Source: a virus (Duplodnaviria; Caudoviricetes). From it: a stretch of 53,702 bases of DNA. Positions 18,327 through 28,700 of the stretch are shown here, in pieces (positions within the stretch are counted from its first letter, which is position 1; each line of letters begins with the position of its first letter). The notes beneath the pieces were generated by a model. The model had not been told where the DNA came from. It made no database searches and saw only the letters and a list, made by a program, of their open reading frames with translations. Made by a program: the position numbers and the translations under genes. The stretch spans positions 1-53,702 of IMG/VR virus record IMGVR_UViG_3300033153_001952. The stretch is one strand, 5' to 3'.

Positions 18327-19769
18327 ATGCCAAGAAAAAAGAAAGCAACAGTTGCTACTCCATGCCCTCAGTACGTAAAAATGACTGAGAGTTGGGCATT
18401 ACCAGATGCCTTATTGGGTAGTACACCAGCAATGAAGGCTGGAGGCCGTACATGGTTACCTAAAGATCCTAAAGAATCTGACGGTGCTTACAAAGTAAGG
18501 TTAGAGAGGACAGTCCTCTACGGCGCTTACAAACGCACTGTACAAGCTTTATCAGGGTTACCTTTCCACAGGGCTGTAGTAGTTACTAAAGCACCAGCCG
18601 ACTTAGACTATTTATCGGAGGACTGCGATAGTGATAACAGCGACATTACAGATTTTTCACACACTCTTACAAAAGACCTTAATACCTACGGACTATCTCA
18701 CTTCCTTGTTGATAATCCTGACGTAGAAGCAGAGGTAACTCTTGCTTACAAAGAGAAGTATAAAGTCAGACCTTACTTCACTCACATATCACCAAAGAAT
18801 ATCATATCATGGAGTACAGAGTTAGTTGGCGGAGCCACTATCCTTCGTTCCATACGGATACTTGAAACAGTAACCGAAGATGTTGATGAGTGGGAAGTCG
18901 TAGAGGTTCAGCAGATTCGGGTAATCACTGAAGACTCTCATACTTTATATAGGCAAGCAAGTAGAGATAAGTGGGAAGTGTACGGCGTTCCTCTTATTAA
19001 TAACTTGGGGTATATACCTTTAGTAACTATATATGGTGAACGTACAGGGTATATGACAGCAAGCGTACCGTTAGAGGATTTGGCTTGGCTTAACTTAAGA
19101 CATTATCAGAAACTGTCTGACTTGGATAATATTGAGCATGTTGCTAATGTTCCACTACTCTTAGCTACAGGTGTAGAAGAGGGTCAGTTGGAAGGTATAA
19201 CTATCGGGCCTAACACGCTTATCAATCTATCAGACTCCTCAGCAACGCTTAAGTATGTAGAGCACTCAGGACAAGCCATTACAGCCTCTCAGAAGTCCAT
19301 AGACAAGCTCGAAGAGCGTATGGCTAGTATGGGTGCTGACCAAGTGATACGTAAGAGCGTAGACAGACAGACAGCCACTGCACGAGCACTTGATGCTAGT
19401 GAGAGTGTGAGTATGTTGCAATTGTTCATCAATAACGTAGAGACTGGTATTAAACGTGGATACGAGATTGCCGGTGATTGGATTGACGTAGAAGCTGAAG
19501 ACGTTAACGTAAGCATTGGTAGTTGGATGGATAGCGGTGCTGGTGGGCCTAACTTTATAGACTTGTTAGCCAATTACTTAATAGAGAACGAAGGTATGCC
19601 GTTAGACGAGGCAGTTAAAGAATTACAACGCAGGGGTTCATTATCAGATACGTTTGAGTTGCCGAAAGGCACTAAGCTTATTCCAGAACCAGCGCCAGTA
19701 CCTGCTGCATTTGCAGTTGCTGGTGAAGAAGAGATTAAACCTCTTGAAGAGGAACAACCGTCAGAGTGA
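18327..19769 (+). CDS. Portal protein (DUF4055-like)
   Basis: WLPK...ESDGAYKVRLER, IPLVTIY, PLEDLAWLNLRHYQ; precedes scaffold and capsid genes. Confidence 0.9.
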   Translation: MPRKKKATVATPCPQYVKMTESWALPDALLGSTPAMKAGGRTWLPKDPKESDGAYKVRLERTVLYGAYKRTVQALSGLPFHRAVVVTKAPADLDYLSEDCDSDNSDITDFSHTLTKDLNTYGLSHFLVDNPDVEAEVTLAYKEKYKVRPYFTHISPKNIISWSTELVGGATILRSIRILETVTEDVDEWEVVEVQQIRVITEDSHTLYRQASRDKWEVYGVPLINNLGYIPLVTIYGERTGYMTASVPLEDLAWLNLRHYQKLSDLDNIEHVANVPLLLATGVEEGQLEGITIGPNTLINLSDSSATLKYVEHSGQAITASQKSIDKLEERMASMGADQVIRKSVDRQTATARALDASESVSMLQLFINNVETGIKRGYEIAGDWIDVEAEDVNVSIGSWMDSGAGGPNFIDLLANYLIENEGMPLDEAVKELQRRGSLSDTFELPKGTKLIPEPAPVPAAFAVAGEEEIKPLEEEQPSE

Positions 19770-19814
19770 TTCTGACACAACCCAATAGTGGGACACTAAA
19801 AAGGTAAACAAACA

Positions 19815-20615
19815 ATGGCATTAGAAGCATTCGTAGAAAATCTAGACTCTGTTGCAGAGACTATCCGTGGTGAGTACACCGAAGTAGAAGGTGGCTTTCA
19901 ACTTGACGTAACTAGCGTCAATGGGCTTCGGCTTGAAAATGTGGATAACTTGAAGAGCGCAGTTGCTAAAGAACGCTCGGCACATAAAGAGTTCGAGACT
20001 AAGTATAACGCTCTAGCTACTTCATTCGAGGGCATTGAACCAACTGATGTTATCTCTGCTCAAGCAGACCTCAAGAATCTGCAAACACGTTACGATAAGC
20101 TAGCTGCACTAGACCCAGAAGCAGAGGCAGATAAGATTGTTTCGGTTAAGGTTAAAGACCAAGTGGCTAAGAAGCAGAGAGAGTGGCAGACGAAATACGA
20201 TGAAGAGATCGGTAGCCGTGATATTAAGCAAGCTGCAACTACTAAGCAGCTAGAAGATATTATGATTAAGTCTGCCGCAGTCTCTGCTCTCTCTGAAGCT
20301 GGTGGAGGTAAGAACGTAGATTTGCTTACACCACATGTACTTGCCAATACACGACTTGCATTCGACAATGGAGTTTATGTCGTAGAGGTTGTGGATAGTG
20401 ACGGTAATGCTCGCGTAGGTGCTAACGGACAGAACATGGGTATCAGCGACCTGATGCCAGAGCTAAAAGAGAAGTGGCCTACAGCCTTTAACGTAACTGT
20501 CAAGCCCGGTGGTGGCAGTAAAGGCGGCGGTGGTGGTAAGCCAGTGCCTGTATCCGAAATGACCTCTAGCCAGAAAATTTCTGACGGCCTTAAGAAGCGT
20601 CAGGCAGGTGGCTAA
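19815..20615 (+). CDS. Capsid scaffolding protein
   Basis: Coiled coil, Gly-rich linker and short C-terminal helix; position. Confidence 0.8.
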   Translation: MALEAFVENLDSVAETIRGEYTEVEGGFQLDVTSVNGLRLENVDNLKSAVAKERSAHKEFETKYNALATSFEGIEPTDVISAQADLKNLQTRYDKLAALDPEAEADKIVSVKVKDQVAKKQREWQTKYDEEIGSRDIKQAATTKQLEDIMIKSAAVSALSEAGGGKNVDLLTPHVLANTRLAFDNGVYVVEVVDSDGNARVGANGQNMGISDLMPELKEKWPTAFNVTVKPGGGSKGGGGGKPVPVSEMTSSQKISDGLKKRQAGG

Positions 20616-20810
20616 TGAGCACTGAAACTATTTAGTTATAATAACACGGATAATAATAACAAGGAAGTAACTAATTCGTTGTGTTGCAATGGTGCAGCAC
20701 GGCAAATGAAATTTCATAGTGGGGGAGCCACTTAGAAAGAGTCGAAAGACTCAAAACTGTTTGGTCACAATATGTGGCTTCCATAGGTAAATCTCATAAG
20801 GAGAAGTATT

Positions 20811-21740
20811 ATGCCTAGTATTACACTCGCAGAATCCGCAAAGTTGTCTAATGATACCCTGATTGCAGGCGTTATCGAGAACATTGTGACAGTTAATCAG
20901 TCTTTCCAAGTAATGCCTTTTGAAGGTATTGTTGGTAACTCTCTCGCTTACAACCGTGAGCTGGCTCTTGGCGATGTTGAAGTTATCGCAGTTGGTGATT
21001 CTATCACTGCTAACAACGCTGCTACAAGCACTCGTGTTACTTCCGAGCTGACCACAATCATCGGTGAAGCTTACATCAACAACCTGATTCAATCTACTCG
21101 TAGCAACTACACCGATCAAGCTGAGAACCAAATCCGTTCTAAAGCAAAGTCTGTTGGTCGTGAGTATCAGGACATGTTCATCAACGGCGATAGCGGCACA
21201 ACTGCTACTGACTTTGACGGCCTCCTGACTCTGGCTACTGTTGGTAACACAGTTAGTGCTACAGCTACCGATGGTGATGCACTTACTCTAGCTAAACTCG
21301 ATACAGCAATGTCTCTTGTAACTGCTAAAGACGGTGAGATTGACTTCATCATGATGAATGACCGTGAGCTGAATACCTACTTCGGTATCCTTCGCGCACA
21401 TGGTGGTGTTGGTATCGGTGAAGTAGTTACCCTGCCTAACGGCGCACAGGTTCCTACCTATCGTGGTACTCCTATCTTCCGTAACAACTACATCCCTGTT
21501 ACTCAGACTCAAGGCGGTAGCTCTGCTGCTTCCAGTGTCATCATGGGTTGCTGGGACGATGGTAGCATGGATAACGGTATCGTTGGTCTGACTGCTGAGA
21601 ATGACTTCGGCATCGCAGTTAACGAGCTGGGCCGTATTCCGGGCAAGGACGAGTCTGGTTGGCAGATCACCATGTATGCAGGTCTGGCCTGCTTCAATAA
21701 CAACGCTCTCGTTGTTGTAGACGGTATCGTAGTCGCCTAA
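20811..21740 (+). CDS. Major capsid protein
   Basis: MPSITLAESAKL, MPF..I.GNSLAYNRE, FINGD...FDGL; strong RBS. Confidence 0.92.
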   Translation: MPSITLAESAKLSNDTLIAGVIENIVTVNQSFQVMPFEGIVGNSLAYNRELALGDVEVIAVGDSITANNAATSTRVTSELTTIIGEAYINNLIQSTRSNYTDQAENQIRSKAKSVGREYQDMFINGDSGTTATDFDGLLTLATVGNTVSATATDGDALTLAKLDTAMSLVTAKDGEIDFIMMNDRELNTYFGILRAHGGVGIGEVVTLPNGAQVPTYRGTPIFRNNYIPVTQTQGGSSAASSVIMGCWDDGSMDNGIVGLTAENDFGIAVNELGRIPGKDESGWQITMYAGLACFNNNALVVVDGIVVA

Positions 21741-21751
21741 TAAGGCATTGT

Positions 21752-21766
21752 AGGGGTTTCGGCCCC
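21752..21766 (+). terminator. Hairpin after the capsid gene
   Basis: AGGGGT-TTC-GGCCCCT. Confidence 0.55.
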
Positions 21767-21831
21767 TGCTCTCAAATGGGCTTACTAAGGTGAGCCTATC
21801 TCAGAGCAAATAACTAATTAACGGAGTTGTA

Positions 21832-22355
21832 ATGAAAGCTTATATTCACGGTGTACGCGCAGGTCAGACTATCAAACTTGGCAGAGTAAAGTTCATTAGA
21901 GGTGTTGCAAATGTAATTGCAATTACCGATACACTAGCACGTTACGATATAAAAAATTATGCGCCGGAAGTTGAGAAAGAAGATGAAGAAGTTACATCAC
22001 AGGATATGCCTGTTGTAATCTTAGAAGCTGATAAAGAAGAATCTGAAGAAGCTGATAAAGAAGAATCTGAAGAAGCTGATAAAGAAGAATCTGAAGAAGC
22101 TGATAAAGAAGAATCTGAAGAAGCTGATAAAGAAGATCTGAAGATGAGGATAACCTCGACGCTGAAAAAGAACTTGCTTCTGTAGTTGCAGAGCTGAAGG
22201 CTGAAGTTACTACCCCAACTTATAAAACAATTGAAGATTTCGGGAATATGACTGAGTGGCGCTCTTATGTTAAAGAGGTTACAGGCATACGCCCTAAGAA
22301 CAAAAACGAGGGTACAGAAATTATGAATAAGTTCCTTGAAGGTAAGGCTGAATAA
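21832..22355 (+). CDS. Head-associated acidic protein, frameshifted near 22136
   Basis: Restoring one A in the fifth repeat extends the ORF to TAA at 22355, overlapping the next ATG. Confidence 0.65.
22024..22142 (+). repeat. 24-bp tandem repeat x5 (EADKEESE), last copy 23 bp
   Basis: GAAGCTGATAAAGAAGAATCTGAA four perfect copies plus one lacking an A. Confidence 0.95.
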
Positions 22356-22861
22356 TGGCCTTTGTTGTCGAGACTGGTGACGGGGCTGACCCGTTAGCCA
22401 ATTCGTTTGTTAGTCTCGTGGAGGCTGATGCTTATTTCGTAGATAGAAACAATACAGACTGGGCTGGTTACACAGATGAAGAGAAGCAAGCTACCTTAAT
22501 CTACGCTACAGGTTATTTAAACAATCTCTTGCAGTGGTATGGCAGCTTGGTAGCAACAACGCAACCTCTATCATGGCCCCGTAGTGAATTCATTGATAGC
22601 GAGGGACGTACAGTTGAAACGCTTACAGTTCCAAAAGACTTAAAGAATGCAACGTGTGAGCTAGCATATCAAGACTCTGTAGAAGGTTTAAACACTGTAG
22701 CAACTACAGGCGTAGCTTCTGAGAAGATAGGTAGCAGCTCTATCACTTATGCTAACGGCGGTGGTCATAGCCCATCACGTAGCTTTGCATTTGTAAAATC
22801 AATGGTTAAACATCTAGGTATCACAGGAGCATCTAGCACCTCTAATATCTACAGGGGGTAA
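22355..22861 (+). CDS. Head-tail adaptor (DnaT-like family)
   Basis: ANSFVSLVEADAYF, QPLSWPR, VPKDLKNATCELA. Confidence 0.85.
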   Translation: MAFVVETGDGADPLANSFVSLVEADAYFVDRNNTDWAGYTDEEKQATLIYATGYLNNLLQWYGSLVATTQPLSWPRSEFIDSEGRTVETLTVPKDLKNATCELAYQDSVEGLNTVATTGVASEKIGSSSITYANGGGHSPSRSFAFVKSMVKHLGITGASSTSNIYRG

Positions 22862-22866
22862 TTGGT

Positions 22867-23193
22867 ATGGCATTTGTAACTAGAAATCATAAGCAAAACT
22901 TAACCTACTGGACTAGAGGGGCGAATGATGCTTACGGAAACCCCTCGTGGAATAACCCTATTCAAGTTAAATGTAGATGGGAAGATAGAAATGATAAAGC
23001 AGTTGATTTCCAAGGTAACGAGGTTATTACAAGATCTGTTGTTTATGTTGGTGTTGATATGGGAATCGGTACGTATCTATTTGAAGGGCTTAGCACAGAC
23101 CTTACACCTCCTACAGATGCGCTGGAGCTGAAGGGCTTCAGTAAGATACCTAGCATTAGCGGTAAGGTGTTTGAACGTAAGGCTATCCTCTAA
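22867..23193 (+). CDS. Head closure / stopper protein
   Basis: DAYGNP motif, size, position. Confidence 0.7.
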   Translation: MAFVTRNHKQNLTYWTRGANDAYGNPSWNNPIQVKCRWEDRNDKAVDFQGNEVITRSVVYVGVDMGIGTYLFEGLSTDLTPPTDALELKGFSKIPSISGKVFERKAIL

Positions 23194-23618
23194 TGGGTGT
23201 TGTAGTTAAGACTGCCGACTCCTATGTAGCCACACAACGTGATGTTAAGCGAGCTATGGCCGGAGTGCAGAATAACCTCCTATCTGTTATCGAGCAATTA
23301 GGCAATATCTCAGCAGAGGCTTTATTAGCTATAGGCGAAGATATTGAGACTCGTTCTAATGAGCTTGCTCCTAAAGATACAGGTGAGCTCAGAGAATCTT
23401 CTTATGTTGTATCAGCAAGAGAGGGTAATGAGCATACTGTCGAGATTGGGTATACAGACGATAAAGCACCATACGTTCATGAGAACACACCTAGTCACGA
23501 AGATTACAAAAACCCTACCACGAGTGGAACGCATTATAAGTTCTTACAAAGAGCCTCTACAGAGGTGGAAGCTAGATTAGCTAAGATACTAGCTGAGAGG
23601 CTTAAACGAGAATTCTAA
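23193..23618 (+). CDS. HK97 gp10-like tail completion protein
   Basis: APKDTGELRES, APYVHE, KFLQRA. Confidence 0.8.
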   Translation: MGVVVKTADSYVATQRDVKRAMAGVQNNLLSVIEQLGNISAEALLAIGEDIETRSNELAPKDTGELRESSYVVSAREGNEHTVEIGYTDDKAPYVHENTPSHEDYKNPTTSGTHYKFLQRASTEVEARLAKILAERLKREF

Positions 23619-23627
23619 GGAGGCTGT

Positions 23628-24047
23628 ATGGCAAGTCCAGCATTTGATATAGCCACTATGCTTGTCTCTGACGGTGTAGGGACGCTAGGAACAGATTTAT
23701 TCGTAGGAAGAATACCAGAAGAAGCAACAAACTTTTCAGTTGGCGTAATGGACGCTGGTGGAATAGAACCTAATCCGGCTTATGTACGTGACGATTATGA
23801 TGTGCAAGTTATTGTACGTGGTGATGTTAACGGTTATAGCGCAGGCTGGGATAAAGCAGTAGTAATTAAGAATCTCCTGTTAGGACGTGCTCCTGAAACG
23901 GTTGGCACTGATATCTACGCAAGATTCATAATGAGAGGTAATGTTGGTTTCATAGGGTATGACACATTACAAAGACCTAAGTTTTCAATTAATTTTAGGA
24001 TAACAATTGATGGTGTCGATACAGGCAACCGTTCAGAAATAGCATAA
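23628..24047 (+). CDS. Tail terminator protein
   Basis: VQVIVRG, G.D...RP.FSINF; precedes tail tube. Confidence 0.75.
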   Translation: MASPAFDIATMLVSDGVGTLGTDLFVGRIPEEATNFSVGVMDAGGIEPNPAYVRDDYDVQVIVRGDVNGYSAGWDKAVVIKNLLLGRAPETVGTDIYARFIMRGNVGFIGYDTLQRPKFSINFRITIDGVDTGNRSEIA

Positions 24048-24060
24048 CAGGAGAATTAAT

Positions 24061-25095
24061 ATGGCTAAAACAATTTCCGTATCAGCTGATGATATTACAT
24101 ACGCAGGACTTCCGGGTAGCTCAGGCGACTTCAACGTAGAAGGTGAGGGCTTGGATGATACAATCTTTGGTCAATCCTTTAGCTCCTCAGAGACTGGCCT
24201 CATGTCTTGGACAGTTAGTGCTAACGCATACTGGAAAGGTTTTGCGGGTTACACTGCAACAATCAAGAAGACTGGTACAAGCACAGTAATGACAGGCGAA
24301 GCAATGAGCGTAGTAGCTGGTCAAGAGTATCAAGTAGATGCTCCAGCTAAAGAAGTGTTTGACAGAGCAACCACAATCGTAGTTCTTGACGGCGTAACTG
24401 ATGTAACTGATGAAGTGGAAACTATTAGTTACCTATACGGTAAAGTTACTTTTGTAGGTACTTACTCAGTAGTAGGCGCAATAACAATCGACGGTGCTTA
24501 CCTCCCACTAGAAGCTTACGGTAAGGCTCAAGAGTTTACACTTACTCAGGCAGCTGAGAGTGTAGATACCACTGACTTCGATACAGCTCAGAGCAATGGC
24601 GGCTTCCGTACATTTAATCCCGGTCTGCGTCAAGTTAGTCTAGACCTCTCAGGCTTCTTCGCTACAGCTAATGCATTTAAAGCTTTGCTGGCAGCTCGTG
24701 AAGAGACTGTAATCGAGATTAGTCCTGATGGCGCTGGTGCATCTATGTGCCGTGGCTTCTTCAAACCTATGACCACAGGCCAATCTGGCGATGTTGGTGG
24801 TAATGAAACTGAGACAGTTACCTTTGAGCTTAGTGTTCCTTATGTTGCTGGTTCGGCTATTACACCGTTTGATTGGGCTCATACAGCATCTTCCGGTATC
24901 CCTGATGGCGTTAAGACTTGTCTTGATGCTTGGGAAGCTGAGACAGCTATCTATACTAAGTACCTGCATGACGGTACGAATGGTTGGAAAGGAACTACTG
25001 TAATTACTGACTTCTCCCTCTCCAGTGGCTTGTCAGCTATGAACGAGTTCAGCTTCTCAGGTCAAGGTAGCGGTGAGTACACAGTAGTACCCTAA
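24061..25095 (+). CDS. Major tail tube protein
   Basis: ESVDTTDF...RTFNPGLRQVSLDLSGF, FSFSGQGSG; position. Confidence 0.85.
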   Translation: MAKTISVSADDITYAGLPGSSGDFNVEGEGLDDTIFGQSFSSSETGLMSWTVSANAYWKGFAGYTATIKKTGTSTVMTGEAMSVVAGQEYQVDAPAKEVFDRATTIVVLDGVTDVTDEVETISYLYGKVTFVGTYSVVGAITIDGAYLPLEAYGKAQEFTLTQAAESVDTTDFDTAQSNGGFRTFNPGLRQVSLDLSGFFATANAFKALLAAREETVIEISPDGAGASMCRGFFKPMTTGQSGDVGGNETETVTFELSVPYVAGSAITPFDWAHTASSGIPDGVKTCLDAWEAETAIYTKYLHDGTNGWKGTTVITDFSLSSGLSAMNEFSFSGQGSGEYTVVP

Positions 25096-25156
25096 TAACT
25101 AATTAAACAATCTGGCTAGCCAATGGTGGTTAGCCTAACTTAATAAAGGTAATAAA

Positions 25157-25513
25157 ATGTCTAATCGTGATGATATTCGTAAAGCTCTTCTATCAGGTAA
25201 ATCAGAGTTTAAGTCTAAGTCTGTAACAGTTTGTGGTATTGATGTAGAGGTGCGACAGCCTAGCGTTAAATCTCGTCGTGACCTTATGAAGAGAGCTACT
25301 AACGAAGATGGCGTTATTGATACAGGCGAATTCCTCGTATGGAGTGTAATCTTTAATACTTTCGTACCTGATTCAAAAGAGCTTGTGTTTGAACCTGCTG
25401 ATTATGACGCTCTGGTTGAAAAGCCTGTAGGTGGTTTCATGGACGGCATTGCCGAGGTTGCTGCTGAGATGATGAACGTGGATAGTGACCTGAAGGCAGA
25501 GGCAAAAAACTAA
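25157..25513 (+). CDS. Tail assembly chaperone (gpG-like)
   Basis: Between tube and tape measure; ends in slippery A AAA AAC. Confidence 0.85.
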   Translation: MSNRDDIRKALLSGKSEFKSKSVTVCGIDVEVRQPSVKSRRDLMKRATNEDGVIDTGEFLVWSVIFNTFVPDSKELVFEPADYDALVEKPVGGFMDGIAEVAAEMMNVDSDLKAEAKN

Positions 25514-25686
25514 GACACGATCCTGATGAAGTAAACATACTCAGGGTCTGCGATAAACTAAATAAGTTTCCAAGTGAAGTAGAAGCTTTACCTATTGAAG
25601 AGTTTGATAGGTTAGTTGTCTACTACTTGTTTGAAGCTGAAGAGATGGAGAAAGCCAGAAAAAAGGCTGCTAGAAGAACAAAATAG
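25504..25686 (+). CDS. -1 frameshift extension (gpGT-like)
   Basis: -1 frame open: LRHDPDEVNILRVCDKLNKFPSEV...RRTK*. Confidence 0.8.
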   Translation, partial: KKLRHDPDEVNILRVCDKLNKFPSEVEALPIEEFDRLVVYYLFEAEEMEKARKKAARRTK

Positions 25687-25698
25687 TTTGAACATTAT

Positions 25699-25741
25699 AA
25701 GCTGGCGTGTCCTACATGGTGCGACCAGCTTTTTTATTATT
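25699..25741 (+). terminator. Intrinsic terminator before the tape measure gene
   Basis: AAGCTGG...CCAGCTT followed by a T tract. Confidence 0.6.
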
Positions 25742-25765
25742 TGAAGTAAAGAGGAGTTGTAAGAT

Positions 25766-28700
25766 ATGGCAATTGATTTAGGTACGATCTATACAACCCT
25801 AGTTACGAAGTCAGAAGGTCAGGAGAAAGCTGCGAAGGCAACAGATAAGACCAGCAAAGCTTTAATCAGACAGGCAGATGCTTTAGCTAAGGCTAGGCTC
25901 GCTATAGATAAAATGAAGGCAGAGTTGAAAGGTGTTAAGGAAGCAGCGCCGCACGTAAAGAAAGCAGAAGATGCCTTAAAGCAGTTTGAGCGTAGAGCAC
26001 AAGCAGCTAAGAAAAGCTCTATAGCCTTTACAGCTGCACAGAAAGATTTCAAGAATAAAATAACTAAGACACGCATAGGTATGACCAAAGCTGGCGTTGC
26101 CACTAATGGCTGGCAAGACCGTATGCAGGAACTTACCAAGTCAGTGCAATTGGCGTTAGGCCCACTGTCAGGAGTTGCAGCGAGAATCACAGCATTGAGC
26201 TCTCTGTTCAATAAAGCCACATTAATATGGGCAGGCTTCTTCGCTAGTATAACAGGCGTTGTAGTTGCTATGCATAAAGCCGTAGGCGCTGGCGCATTGT
26301 ATGAAAACTCTATGGCTAAGATACAGAGGCAGCTAGAGCTTACAAGACATGCTTCAGGGCAGACTACAGGCTCTATAGACGATATGACTAAGGCTCTGGC
26401 ACGTAACACCTTAGCTTCTGTACAGGGAGCTCGTGACGCAGCCACAGCGATACTTACATTTACCTCCATAACAGGTAAGAATGTAGAGCGCACATTGTCG
26501 TTAGCACAGGATTTAACTGACTCACTTGGTGGTGACTTATTAGGTAATGCCAAGAAGCTTGGTAAAGCTATTGAAGATCCTAGTGAAGCATTCAAAACTC
26601 TTAATGAAATGGGAGCTCGCTTAGCTCAATCAGAGAAAGATAGATTGAAGAGTATGGTTGCTATGGGCAAACATGCTGAGGCTCAAGAGTTCTTATTCGG
26701 TAAGATTGAGGAGCGTATTGAAGGTATTGGTAAAGCTGGCGGAACAGGTACTCTCGCTGGAGCTATGGATACACTCGGTGTAAACGTAACATTGTTCTTT
26801 GAAGCCTTGTCTAAGAATTCAGGCATGATAGATAACTTCAAGAAGACTATCGAGAACGTATCTGAGACGGTGCTGCGCTGGACTTCTTCCGTAGAGAGGG
26901 GCGTACCAGCTCTAGAGGCATTCGGTTCTGCTGTGGGCGCTGTAAGTAATGCAGGTGCTTTCCTTATTAGGAACTTGGATTCTGTAATTAATGCATTAGG
27001 TGGTCTAGCTATACTGAAGGTTGCCACAGCTTCCGTTAGCCTATTAAGACTTTCTTACAGTAAGTTAACTACAAGTATAGCTGCTAATGTTGCTGCCACT
27101 AAGGTTGCTACCCTCGCTACTGGAACTTACACTAAAGTTACCATAGCTCAAACTGTAGCTACGCGAGGCGTGACAGCAGCTACCAGCACATTCAATAAAG
27201 TAATGAGAGCTACCCCTTGGGGTATGGTTGCTAGTTTAGCTGCTATGGCTGCTGCTGCTATATGGGGCTACAGCGATGCTACTGACGGTGCAGCAGAGAG
27301 TACTAAAAGACTTTCTATGACTATGAATGAAGTTGCTGATGCTGCTATGGCTAGGCAAGTTGCAGCTACAAAACTTCGCCTTCAAGAGACAGCTGCTACG
27401 ATAGTACACTTAACTGCTAAACTCGTAGAGCTTGAACGCATGAATGGTAAAGGTACAGCCGGTTGGAACAGATGGACAATGCAACTGTCTGATGCAAAGG
27501 TTGCAATGAAGAGAGTGTCTGGTGAGCTGGCAGCTATGCTTACCCTCCAGAAGAATACATCCAGCGAGACTAAAACTTCAACCAAAGCTACACTAAAGCA
27601 AATAGATGCTTTGAACGCACTGACTGCTTCTTACAATCCATCAGTAGCTGCTCTCAAGAAGTACAATCAAGATGTAGCTGTAATGAAGGCTGCTCTCACA
27701 GGTACTAATGGAGAGCTGATGACCTTAGAAAGGTTCTTAGCCGCTAACACTAAAAAGCAAAAACTCAACGGTAAAGAAGTTGAAGAGCTGACAGCTAAGT
27801 ATAAAATGATGGCAGCTGTATGGAAAGGTACAGAGTCTGTTATGTCTGATGCCGATCCGTTCAAGAAAGCTAAAGTAACGCTTGAGAACATGATTAAAGA
27901 GCAACGTAATGCCGCAGCTTCTGCTGGTGGTAGCGGAGCTATGATTGATCTTAACTTCAGCACAGATAATGACCGCATCACTAAAACCATTAACACGGCT
28001 ATGGGTCTTATCAACGATGGTAAAGATATTGCAGGGTTGAAGATACATCTTGATAGCGGAGTTCTGGTAGAAACTAAGGATCAGTTGGCTCAGTTCATGC
28101 GAGAGACTGACGCAGAGATTAAGCAGACAAATAAGATTGCTCCATTCTCAGCTATGCTTGAGAGTGCTAGAGTTAAGATTGATTCTGTAGCCAAAGCAAC
28201 TAGCGGAGATATATTCGGTAGGTTATTTAATACTAAAGCATATCAAGATGCAGTTAAGCTTGAGCAGAGCATTGATGGAATCGGTAAGAGGTTATCATCC
28301 CAGAACATTAAAGAGGGCTCAGCCGAGTTCGCAAGAATGGGCAAAGAGCTGCAAGAGATGGCTGGTAATAGAGGCTTAGGCGACTTAGTAGATGACGAAG
28401 CTATCAAGAATCTGGACGGCTACTCTACAGCGTTAGCTAAAGTACTGGAGGCTTCCAATAAAGCTCCTGTGTCTATGGCTAAGATTATGGGTGGCGTACA
28501 AACTATGATGGGTCAGTTAGAGACTATCATGGGCGGTATCGTAGATAGATACGGCGAGATGGCTTCTGCATCCACTGAAGCTGCTCAACGAGCTCTTGAG
28601 AATGCTAAGAGCCAGAGCGAGTTTTATATGGAGCTTGCTAACTCTGTTCACTATTCTAATAACGAACAGGCTAGATCTTTCGAGGACAAAGCAAAGGCCG

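Noticed and set aside
22024-22142. CRISPR array
   Set aside because: Repeats are head-to-tail without spacers, lie in a coding frame, and no cas genes are present.
25819-28048. Long minus-strand ORFs opposite the tape measure gene (and similar shadow ORFs elsewhere)
   Set aside because: Expected from codon bias; no RBS or protein motifs.
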